A DNA stretch of 61,511 nt from a virus (lineage: Duplodnaviria; Caudoviricetes). The notes below the pieces were generated by a model. That model made no database searches and had not been told where the DNA came from. It was given only the letters and a program-made list of their open reading frames with translations. Position 1 is the stretch's first letter, and each line of letters begins with the position of its first letter. Both the position numbers and the translations under genes were made by a program. The stretch spans positions 1 through 61,511 of the IMG/VR virus record IMGVR_UViG_3300044634_003809; one strand, written 5' to 3'. Positions 1-7,932 of this stretch are shown here, in pieces.

Positions 1-2
1 TT

Positions 3-497
3 GATAAAATTATGGAAGCAATGCAACCAGAATTTGAAGACGAAGAACCTATCAATCCTTTTGATTTCTGGGCAGGTGCTAATTTTAAACTCAAAATCGT
101 AAAGAAAGATGGGTATTGGAATTACGACAAATCAGAATTTGATCGTGTAGCACCTCTACTGGATGACGATGATGCTCTTGAGACCATTTGGAAGAAAGAG
201 TTTTCTCTGACTGCAATTACTGCTCCAGATCAATTCAAGTCTTATGAAGATCTTGAGCGTCGTATGAATACGGTTCTTGGTGTTAAGAATTCATCTCCTA
301 CTCGTTCTCGTGCAGTAGTTGAACAGGAAGACGACCTTGAAGAGTTTGTTCAAACTCCAACGCCTCAAGATCGTGTCGTAGAAGAATTGGAACAGTCTTA
401 TGCTCGTTCAAAGACTCCTTCTCTTCCTAAAATTTCTTCCGATGATGATGACGAAGATGATGCTCTTTCATATTTCCAGAAACTGGTTGATAGTTGA
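3..497 (+). CDS. gp32: ssDNA-binding protein gp32, C-terminal part (5'-truncated by window edge)
   Basis: Frame open from window start (DKIMEAMQPEF); T4-like gp32 motifs INPFDFWAGANFKLKI, GYWNYDKSEF, FKSYEDLERR; acidic tail DDDEDDALSYFQKL. Confidence 0.95.
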   Translation, partial: DKIMEAMQPEFEDEEPINPFDFWAGANFKLKIVKKDGYWNYDKSEFDRVAPLLDDDDALETIWKKEFSLTAITAPDQFKSYEDLERRMNTVLGVKNSSPTRSRAVVEQEDDLEEFVQTPTPQDRVVEELEQSYARSKTPSLPKISSDDDDEDDALSYFQKLVDS

Positions 498-1190
498 TTA
501 CAGATAAATCTTAATATTATCTGCAGTCTTTAAGGTTTCGGTTTTAAATTGACCGGAACCTTTTTCGTATTTCATAATATCATCCATATCATCAATAATA
601 ATATTTAAATATTTTGGTTTAAGTAAAAATATATTTCTTTTATTCTCTTCAATTTTTTCTTCATATTCGTAATTTGTGATTGGAACTACTGGATATATTG
701 TAGAATATCCTGAAACAAATTCATCGTAATATGTAAGTGAATAATTTTCATCTACTTGTAATCCTTCTTGCACTAAAATTGTTCCAGAAGTATTAGTTGC
801 TTTGACTGTTTCATAGTGATGTATTCCATTATATATTCTATTATAAGTATCTGTTTCAGAATCTCCAACAACTTTATATTTTTCAAATAAGTAGTTGTCA
901 AATGAAGTTTGAGTTAAGGGCCATTCTGTTTGTATATTAAGAATATTGTTAGAAATTAAAACAATCCAATCTAAATTCGCATCTCCATAATATTCAAAGG
1001 CAACATTGTCAGGTCTATCGTCACCAATTATTTTATATTTTTCAAAGAACACTAAATTCTTAAAAATATCTGGTCTAATTTTTCCTCTTTTAAAAAAGTT
1101 TTTAACTTGGATATAGTCTCCTATTTTTGAGTTAGGAAGTCTATTTACATATTCAAAATCTGGAACTTTTCTAAAATACTGATTTGCCAT
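498..1190 (-). CDS. gp53: Baseplate wedge subunit gp53
   Basis: YFRKVPDFEY, DRPDNVAFEYYGDANLDWIVLISNNI, IHHYET, TNYEYE...KRNIFLLKPKY are typical of T4-like gp53; synteny with gp48. Confidence 0.9.
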   Translation of the reverse strand: MANQYFRKVPDFEYVNRLPNSKIGDYIQVKNFFKRGKIRPDIFKNLVFFEKYKIIGDDRPDNVAFEYYGDANLDWIVLISNNILNIQTEWPLTQTSFDNYLFEKYKVVGDSETDTYNRIYNGIHHYETVKATNTSGTILVQEGLQVDENYSLTYYDEFVSGYSTIYPVVPITNYEYEEKIEENKRNIFLLKPKYLNIIIDDMDDIMKYEKGSGQFKTETLKTADNIKIYL

Positions 1191-1191
1191 T

Positions 1192-2523
1192 TTAGTAACC
1201 TATATTAGTATCTATTGATTTTCCATCAAGGTTTCCATAGTCATCATTAAAGATTGGTTCAAGTTCTTGGAACTGCATACTAATTTCATAAGAAGTCATC
1301 ATACCATCAGCAAAGGTCATATAATTTCCTTCTGGAGTATAATTGACAGTAAAAGATTGTAAAGCACACTCTTTAATTAGATTTAAATATGAGCTATCTT
1401 CTTTTTTATGTAGATACCTAATCTTAAATGTATGAGGTGCTTTTAAGAATAATTGAGATTGTGTTCTTTGTACCGCCATACCTTGTTTAAAAAATCTTAT
1501 AATCTGGCGGATTTGATCTCTGTCTTTAGTGCCTCTTGCTGATAACTTAAAAGTAAAGTTAAAAGGTCTTAGTGTTGGACCTGAGAACAGTAACTCCATA
1601 TTTGGGTTAAATACAGCACCTTTGGTTCTTGATAAAATATTAGATTTTCCAACTGCTTGAGATGTAAAAATTGCCGCTACTCCAGTTCTAAGATCTGAAG
1701 AACTTTTTTGTACATTTCCTAATTGTGTTCCGGCAGTATCTGCTGCTGCACTAGCACCCTCAGTAATAAATGAATTTGCAAATTCTGCTAAACTTTTTTC
1801 TAAAGGAGTCATTTCATCACCTCCCCAAGTCACTGCATTAGTATCCGAAATACCACCTGGTATTGGTAAGAAAACTTTTCCAATTATCCTCGAAGTATAA
1901 TTACTTCTTTCACCTAAACTTCCTAAACCTTGATTTGCAGACGTATTTATATTTCTTGGTTCATATCTTAACATATTAAATTGTATTACATCTTGATAAT
2001 CAATTTGAAGATCTGCTGGATATCTTAAGTCTTGTGGAAAATTAAATCTTGAAAGTGTTTTTGATTTTTCTAATTCTTCTCCCAAAGCACGTTGAGATTC
2101 TTCTGCATTTACTGTGTCTGATGCCTGGTTTTTAGAACTTGCTGCTAACTGTTTTTGGTCTTCATTTGATAATGGTTGGGATGCTTTTTGTGCAGAACTT
2201 GAAATTGCGTTTTGAGTATCTGTTTTTAAAGCACCTTCTTTTAGAGATTTTTGTGCATCAGCGCCAAAAATAGGTTTTCCATCTATCCCATTTTTGAAAG
2301 TCCAACTAGCACCTCCATTAGAAGTTTCTGCTGCCTGAACAAAATTTTTTATTCCCGGAATAGTTGAATTGTTATAAGCAATATATGATTTTTGTGTCCC
2401 CGCAATTAATTTTCCGTTATTATCTACTTGATATTCAGTTTGAACATAATATTCTAATGGGGTTCCTTGAGATCCGACTTTTGTGATAGATGGTTTGCTT
2501 TCTATCAATACTCTTCTTGCCAT
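1192..2523 (-). CDS. gp48: Baseplate tail-tube cap gp48
   Basis: LRYP, LPIPGGISD, FNPNMELLFSGPTLRPFNFTFKL, CALQSFTVNYTPEG, MQFQELEPI motifs. Confidence 0.9.
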   Translation of the reverse strand: MARRVLIESKPSITKVGSQGTPLEYYVQTEYQVDNNGKLIAGTQKSYIAYNNSTIPGIKNFVQAAETSNGGASWTFKNGIDGKPIFGADAQKSLKEGALKTDTQNAISSSAQKASQPLSNEDQKQLAASSKNQASDTVNAEESQRALGEELEKSKTLSRFNFPQDLRYPADLQIDYQDVIQFNMLRYEPRNINTSANQGLGSLGERSNYTSRIIGKVFLPIPGGISDTNAVTWGGDEMTPLEKSLAEFANSFITEGASAAADTAGTQLGNVQKSSSDLRTGVAAIFTSQAVGKSNILSRTKGAVFNPNMELLFSGPTLRPFNFTFKLSARGTKDRDQIRQIIRFFKQGMAVQRTQSQLFLKAPHTFKIRYLHKKEDSSYLNLIKECALQSFTVNYTPEGNYMTFADGMMTSYEISMQFQELEPIFNDDYGNLDGKSIDTNIGY

Positions 2524-2585
2524 TAAAATTTATCTCCATTTTGAATGGGAATAATTATCTCAATTTTTTGTAGAGTATGAGACAT
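2523..2585 (-). CDS. Putative 20-aa leader peptide (uORF) MSHTLQKIEIIIPIQNGDKF, coupled to gp48
   Basis: ATG at 2585-2583; TAA at 2525-2523 overlaps the gp48 ATG (TAATG); lies just downstream of late-promoter motifs; below the ORF-track cutoff. Confidence 0.45.
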   Translation of the reverse strand: MSHTLQKIEIIIPIQNGDKF

Positions 2586-2605
2586 TTATATTGATAGGAG
2601 TTTTT

Positions 2606-2616
2606 TATTTATTTAG
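2606..2616 (-). promoter_or_regulatory. Late promoter motif(s) CTAAATAAATA driving uORF-gp48-gp53
   Basis: Minus-strand CTAAATA and ATAAATA overlapping the gp2 stop codon; matches T4-like/cyanophage late consensus. Confidence 0.6.
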
Positions 2617-2992
2617 TAAGGAATTTTGCATAAGGAATTGAAAGCATTTCATCAAGCTCTTCGTATCTAACAATGTGAAGTTTTCCTGCAACTTCTTGCC
2701 AGGTGTATTGTCTATATTTTCTCCAATGAAAATTAATTCCCCTAAATCCCCAGGGTTCTATTGAGGTGCAGGCAATTAATGGGTGTTGATCATATCTAAG
2801 ATTTGGTGTTTTCGCATTGTAGATAAATGTATAAAATTTTCCTACTTCTGGATATAATGCTTCTTCTTTCAATACATCTATAATAATTATCATCAAGTCT
2901 TCAGGATCATTTGATCCTTCTTTCTCAATTCTTTTTTTAATCTCTCTCATCCTTGGAGGTATATTGAGATATTGCCCAAAACCTTCTGCCAT
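2609..2992 (-). CDS. gp2: DNA end protector gp2-like (short cyanophage form)
   Basis: GKFYTFIYNAKT, YDQHPLI, GFRGINFHW motifs; position between gp4 and gp48. Confidence 0.75.
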   Translation of the reverse strand: MAEGFGQYLNIPPRMREIKKRIEKEGSNDPEDLMIIIIDVLKEEALYPEVGKFYTFIYNAKTPNLRYDQHPLIACTSIEPWGFRGINFHWRKYRQYTWQEVAGKLHIVRYEELDEMLSIPYAKFLTK

Positions 2993-3430
2993 TTAGAATA
3001 AATCTTCTTCTGTGATTATTTTAAATTCTACCATTCTATCCGCACACCATTCTTTTGCTGCACTCCATTTTGCTTGATTTATCGCATAGGTTTTACATTC
3101 GTGCAGATATGATTTTGTTACTCTTGATCTTTGTTTGGGTGGAAGAGTTTGTTTTTTCGGCTTTACTTCAACCACATATGTCTTTATATTTCCAGAGTCT
3201 TCTTTTACTTTAATTAAGTAATCTGGAAAATATCTATGCACACGATTATCTACAGGAGATATGTAATTTACGCAAAATTCTTCTGATGCCCAAGATATAA
3301 TACTTGGGTTGTTATCGCACCAATAACAAAACTTCCTTTCCCAATTACTTCTGCAGATTATATTTGAGGGATCACCTTTATATTTTTCAGGATATGATGG
3401 TTTGTATTTGCTTTTAATACTTTCTGCCAT
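2993..3430 (-). CDS. gp4: Head completion protein gp4 (TnsA-like nuclease fold)
   Basis: YKPSYPEKYKGDPSNIICRSNWERKFC, WASEE, HRYFPDY, VEVKPKKQT, NQAKWSAA, FKIITE; start moved to ATG 3430 (MAESIKSKY) because the late promoter lies inside the longer ORF. Confidence 0.92.
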   Translation of the reverse strand: MAESIKSKYKPSYPEKYKGDPSNIICRSNWERKFCYWCDNNPSIISWASEEFCVNYISPVDNRVHRYFPDYLIKVKEDSGNIKTYVVEVKPKKQTLPPKQRSRVTKSYLHECKTYAINQAKWSAAKEWCADRMVEFKIITEEDLF

Positions 3431-3462
3431 TATCCTTACTACATAATATATACGATTAAAAA

Positions 3463-3470
3463 TATTTATA
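3463..3470 (-). promoter_or_regulatory. T4-type late promoter TATAAATA for gp4-gp2
   Basis: Perfect TATAAATA on the minus strand, 32 nt upstream of gp4 ATG. Confidence 0.75.
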
Positions 3471-3471
3471 A

Positions 3472-4374
3472 ATGGCAATTTCTACGCCAAAACCAAGAAA
3501 CGTATCTGAAATAAAAAGTGCTATATTGCAACCTGCAACTACTTCGCACTATGATCTTTTCCTTTCAGTTCCTACTCCTCTCTCATCTATAATGAGTAAA
3601 AATGGAGTGAATTTTGGCGTCATTCAGGATAAACTTCAACTTGCTTGTAGTGAAGCTACTTTACCTGGATCTTCTTTAGCAACTCTTGAAATTAATAATG
3701 ATTATACAGGAGTTACTGAAAGACACGCATATCGTAGAATATATGATGATAGAATAGATTTGACTTTTTATGTTGATACTTCTTATACTGCGATTAGATT
3801 TTTTGAAACTTGGATTAAATTTATTATGAATGAGAGTATTTCTGGTGGTCCCAATAATGCTCCAGTAGGTCTTAAATCTCCAAATTTCTATTACACTACT
3901 AGATACCCGGAAGAATATCAATCACAGTTTAGTATTGTTAAATTTGAAAAAGATTATAAAACAAAACTTACATATACTTTTTTAAAGGCATATCCAATTA
4001 GTATATCTTCTATGCCTATTTCTTATGATTCTTCTTCTCTACTTAAATGTACTGTTTCTTTTGCATACACTAGATATTTTGTTGAAGAACTTAATGGATC
4101 TCCTCCTCCAACCGATGACCAAAATCCCCAGTCTTCTCTAAATAACCCTCTAGAACAAGCAGGATTTAATGTTGCCGCTTATCAGGGACTTGTTAATCCA
4201 GAATTTGGAGTAGATACAACTGGTGGATTGAGCATTCAAAATGCTTTATCTTCTGGAAATTCTCTTCAAGTTTTTGAGGGTGAAGAAATTATTGGTGCAG
4301 TAAATTCTAATTCTCGTTTTGTTGAATCTGGACTTCCATATGTTGGTAGGAACATTGGTCCATTAGCACGATAA
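3472..4374 (+). CDS. gp54: Tail tube / baseplate tail-tube initiator (gp19/gp54 family)
   Basis: LACSEATLPG, RRIYDDRIDLTFYVD, FFETW, FLKAYPISISSMPISY, CTVSFAYTRY; divergent from gp4 as in T4-like cyanophages. Confidence 0.7.
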   Translation: MAISTPKPRNVSEIKSAILQPATTSHYDLFLSVPTPLSSIMSKNGVNFGVIQDKLQLACSEATLPGSSLATLEINNDYTGVTERHAYRRIYDDRIDLTFYVDTSYTAIRFFETWIKFIMNESISGGPNNAPVGLKSPNFYYTTRYPEEYQSQFSIVKFEKDYKTKLTYTFLKAYPISISSMPISYDSSSLLKCTVSFAYTRYFVEELNGSPPPTDDQNPQSSLNNPLEQAGFNVAAYQGLVNPEFGVDTTGGLSIQNALSSGNSLQVFEGEEIIGAVNSNSRFVESGLPYVGRNIGPLAR

Positions 4375-4377
4375 ATA
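4371..4377 (+). promoter_or_regulatory. Late promoter motif ATAAATA upstream of gp26
   Basis: Contains the upstream stop codon; 28 nt before gp26 ATG. Confidence 0.6.
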
Positions 4378-4405
4378 ATCACACCTGAAAAAATTATAGG
4401 ACATT

Positions 4406-5125
4406 ATGCCTTTACCAAAGATTTCTGCACCAACTTATGAACTTGAGTTGCCATCAACTGGAGAAGAAATTAAATATAGACCTTTTTTAGTTAAGGAAGA
4501 AAAATTACTTGTTATTGCTTTAGAGAGTGAAGATATTAAGCAAATTACAACAGCAATTAAAACTGTTATAAAGAATTGTATCTTAACCAAGAATATTAAA
4601 GTAGAATCATTACCAACTTTTGATATTGAATATTTGTTCCTAAATGTTCGTGGTAAATCTGTTGGAGAAGAACTTGAAGTTAATATTATTTGTCCAGATG
4701 ATAATGAAACTCAAGTTCCTGTAAAGATAAATCTTGATGATATCAAAGTTCAAAAAAATGAAAATCATACAAATAGAATTAAACTTGATGATTCTATTAT
4801 GATGGAAATGAAGTATCCTTCTCTAGATCAATTTATTAAAAATAATTTTGATTTTAGTGAAAAAAATGCAATGGATCAATCGTTTGAACTAATTGCATCT
4901 TGTATTGGTGCAATTTTTACTGAAGAAGAAGTTTGGACAACATCTGATGTGACTAAAAAGGAAATGAATGACTTTTTAGAATCAATGAATTCTTCTCAAT
5001 TTAAAGATATTGAAAAGTTTTTTGAAACAATGCCGAAACTTTCTCATACAATTAAAGTTGTAAATCCAAAAACTAATGTTGAAAGTGAAGTTGTTCTAGA
5101 AGGGTTAGCATCTTTTTTCGGGTGA
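4406..5125 (+). CDS. gp26: Baseplate hub subunit gp26
   Basis: MPLPKISAPTYELELPSTGEEIKYRPFLVKEEK, FDIEYLFLNVRGKSVGE, FFETMPKL, LEGLASFF. Confidence 0.93.
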   Translation: MPLPKISAPTYELELPSTGEEIKYRPFLVKEEKLLVIALESEDIKQITTAIKTVIKNCILTKNIKVESLPTFDIEYLFLNVRGKSVGEELEVNIICPDDNETQVPVKINLDDIKVQKNENHTNRIKLDDSIMMEMKYPSLDQFIKNNFDFSEKNAMDQSFELIASCIGAIFTEEEVWTTSDVTKKEMNDFLESMNSSQFKDIEKFFETMPKLSHTIKVVNPKTNVESEVVLEGLASFFG

Positions 5126-5316
5126 GTATGGTCCATATGGATCTTGAAAATTACTTCAAACTTAATTTTTCGTTGATGCAATATCATAAATATTCATTAT
5201 GGGAAATTGAGAATATGATTCCCTGGGAAAGGGATATCTATGTTGGATTATTGCAACAACATCTTGAAGAAGAAGAGTTAAAACAAAAACAGCAGATGAG
5301 CAATGCCCAATTCTAA
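5122..5316 (+). CDS. gp51: Baseplate hub assembly catalyst gp51
   Basis: LENYFKLNFSLMQYHKYSLWEIENMIPWERDIY; directly follows gp26. Confidence 0.88.
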   Translation: MSMVHMDLENYFKLNFSLMQYHKYSLWEIENMIPWERDIYVGLLQQHLEEEELKQKQQMSNAQF

Positions 5317-7927
5317 AGCAATAAATGCTTCTAAATTTTTTGGTAAGGATAGGTATGAACATTACCTAAATGAACTCCTTACAGAAAACACTATTGGTGG
5401 GCAAAAATTATCCAAACAAGAATTAAAAGAAGGTTTTTCTAAAAGAAAAAATAAAATAAGTTTTGAACAATTTATTGATAAAATTGTAAGTACAAAAACT
5501 GCAAAATCGTCAGTTGCTTTTTCTGGAAAAAGTCCTCCTCCTTCACCTTCTGCAAGTGGTGGAAATGGACTTAGAAAAGGTTCTCTTATACGATCTTCCT
5601 CTAATCAGATTCAAAAATACATAGGAATTTCGCAAAAAACTGGAGAAGGTGTAGAAGAAAATATATCTGCAATTGTAAAGTCTGTAATTTCAATTGCAGA
5701 TATTGTTGTAAAACAAAAGAAAATATCAGATGATGCTTCTGCTTATGAAAAAAGAAAATCAGAACAAGAGAAAAGAGGACTTGCTGAAAGTAAGTTAGAA
5801 AAAAGATTTGAAGGTTTAAAAAAAGCAGCAGAAAAAATAATTGCTCCAGTAAAATCTTTACTAGATAAAATTCTTCAATTTTTTACTACGGTAATACTTG
5901 GAAGAATTGTTTATAAACTTGTAGAATGGTTGGGCGACCCCAATAATGCAAATAAAGTAAAATCAATAATTAGATTTTTGGGTGATTGGGGTCCAGCAAT
6001 TCTTGGTGGATTTATTTTATTCGGAACAAAGTTTGGAAAAAGTATTAGGGTACTAACAAATATTGCATTATCAGGAATTGCAAAACTTGCAAAATCAATT
6101 CCTGCTCTCTTAAGATTTGCAAAAAGTAATCCAAAAACTGCTCTTGCAGTCGCTGCAGGTGGATATGCTGCAACTCAACTTGCACAAAGAGCATTTAGTG
6201 GTGAGGATCAGAAAGTTGAAGGACGTGCTGGTGGAGGAATTATAAGTGCGCCAAAGTTTTCTGGTGGAGGGTTTAATTTTTCTGGGTTATTGGGAGGTGC
6301 TAGAAATTTCTTTAATGGAATGGTAAGTGGTGAAAAGGGAGTAGATAAAATTCCTGCTTGGTTAAGCGACGGTGAGTTTGTAATGTCTCGTGGTGCTGTT
6401 CAGAAGTATGGTGTTGATACTCTGGAAGCAATGAATGCTGCTGGTGGTGGAACAAATAAACCTACCTTTAAAAGTGAATCTGTTTATGCTGCTGGAGGAG
6501 GATTGGTTGGTGATATACCTCTTTATTCTACTTATGGCGCAAATCCTAATGATGATACTCTCAGAAGTGCTGCGAGAGCTTTTAGACAATATGGAACAGA
6601 AGAGGACCTATTTAAGGCATTTAAAAAATTAAATGGAGTTCCTGATTTTGAAAAAATGGTTGGTGGTGAAAATAATTTTTCTAGAATATTTGAAGGGCAT
6701 CACGGCGCTGATGATGCTCTTGATGCTATTCGTCAATCTGTAGCAGATAAAATAAAAGCAGTTAATAATCCACAACCAGGATCAGTAACAAAATCAATAT
6801 CAGCGTTACAGAATGCCGAAAATATATTATCAGAGCAAATCAAAAGTAATAGATCTTCTTTAAGAGAAACTGGATATAGAATGGGCACAAGACCAACTCC
6901 ACAATCAAGATTTAGACCTGGAGATTTTAGAAGATTTTCTTCATTACAAAATAGATTTAATTACAATCCATTTAGAGGTCAATCAAGTCCTCTTTCACCT
7001 GATTATTTCTTAAGAGGACAATCAAGTCCTCTTCGTATGACGCCACCAACACCCACAAGTAGTGCTATTGTTCCTTATACTGGTGGTGCTCTTGCTAGAA
7101 CTAAAGTTCCTGGGGGATTGGGTAATCTTAAATCTTTTGGTATTGAACTTTTGTTAAATTATTTAATGCAAAGTGGATTGGATTATGTGGAAGCAAAGAG
7201 ACTTGCTTCTAGCATTGAAAAGGCAAGAAAAGAAACTCCAGAAAAACTTACAAACAGAATAGAAAAATTAAGAGAACTTGTAGACAAAGAGGAAAGATAC
7301 CAAAAAAGTTTTGGTGGAATATTAGATAAAGTTATTAAGATGGGGGGAGAGACTGGTTCAGAGAGATTATCAAGACAGGCAAGAACAATGTTGGGCGGAT
7401 TGGGCGCTAATGCATATCAAGGTGGTGCAATCAAAGGTGGTTATGGATTGAAACAGCAGTCCTTTAAGGATATGCCTAAAACTCAAATAATGACTGATGA
7501 TAAGGGAAGACCCTTTGTTGGTTATAAAGCAATGAGAGGTGGTAAAGTTGTTTATGTTAGAGGACCTCAAGCAGGAACATCTAACCCACTTGAAGCACTT
7601 GGAAGAATGATAAATCCTGGTGCGTATAAAAATATTGATGCTATTAATGCAAGAAAGAAATACGAGGAAGCATCTAAAGGAAATATTTCTTCACTGAAAG
7701 CAAGAGGTGCAACACAAGCAAATATTGCAAAAAAACAAGCAGAATTGAATAAAAGAAAACCAGTATCTCCACCAATAAAACAAAAACCAAAAGTAGTAGT
7801 TGCTGGTGGTGGAATGGGAGGTAGAAGAGGTAGTGGAAGTAATCCATCCACCTCAAAAGTGCCTAATTTTAACGCTTCTACAAAAGGAATGCGTTCAAAA
7901 CAAGAAACTCTTGGATTGATGAGGTAA
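5303..7927 (+). CDS. Tape-measure/hub-like virion protein (paralogue 1)
   Basis: Charged coiled-coil N-terminus, hydrophobic helical region, IPAWLSDGEFVMSRGAVQKYG motif typical of tape-measure-like proteins; position after gp51. Confidence 0.55.
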   Translation: MPNSKAINASKFFGKDRYEHYLNELLTENTIGGQKLSKQELKEGFSKRKNKISFEQFIDKIVSTKTAKSSVAFSGKSPPPSPSASGGNGLRKGSLIRSSSNQIQKYIGISQKTGEGVEENISAIVKSVISIADIVVKQKKISDDASAYEKRKSEQEKRGLAESKLEKRFEGLKKAAEKIIAPVKSLLDKILQFFTTVILGRIVYKLVEWLGDPNNANKVKSIIRFLGDWGPAILGGFILFGTKFGKSIRVLTNIALSGIAKLAKSIPALLRFAKSNPKTALAVAAGGYAATQLAQRAFSGEDQKVEGRAGGGIISAPKFSGGGFNFSGLLGGARNFFNGMVSGEKGVDKIPAWLSDGEFVMSRGAVQKYGVDTLEAMNAAGGGTNKPTFKSESVYAAGGGLVGDIPLYSTYGANPNDDTLRSAARAFRQYGTEEDLFKAFKKLNGVPDFEKMVGGENNFSRIFEGHHGADDALDAIRQSVADKIKAVNNPQPGSVTKSISALQNAENILSEQIKSNRSSLRETGYRMGTRPTPQSRFRPGDFRRFSSLQNRFNYNPFRGQSSPLSPDYFLRGQSSPLRMTPPTPTSSAIVPYTGGALARTKVPGGLGNLKSFGIELLLNYLMQSGLDYVEAKRLASSIEKARKETPEKLTNRIEKLRELVDKEERYQKSFGGILDKVIKMGGETGSERLSRQARTMLGGLGANAYQGGAIKGGYGLKQQSFKDMPKTQIMTDDKGRPFVGYKAMRGGKVVYVRGPQAGTSNPLEALGRMINPGAYKNIDAINARKKYEEASKGNISSLKARGATQANIAKKQAELNKRKPVSPPIKQKPKVVVAGGGMGGRRGSGSNPSTSKVPNFNASTKGMRSKQETLGLMR

Positions 7928-7932
7928 GATAA

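Noticed and set aside
3431-3478. ORF-track N-terminal extensions of gp4 (and of ORFs 48325 and 57395)
   Set aside because: Extensions overlap neighbouring genes or late promoters; downstream ATGs (3430, 48406, 57410) fit better
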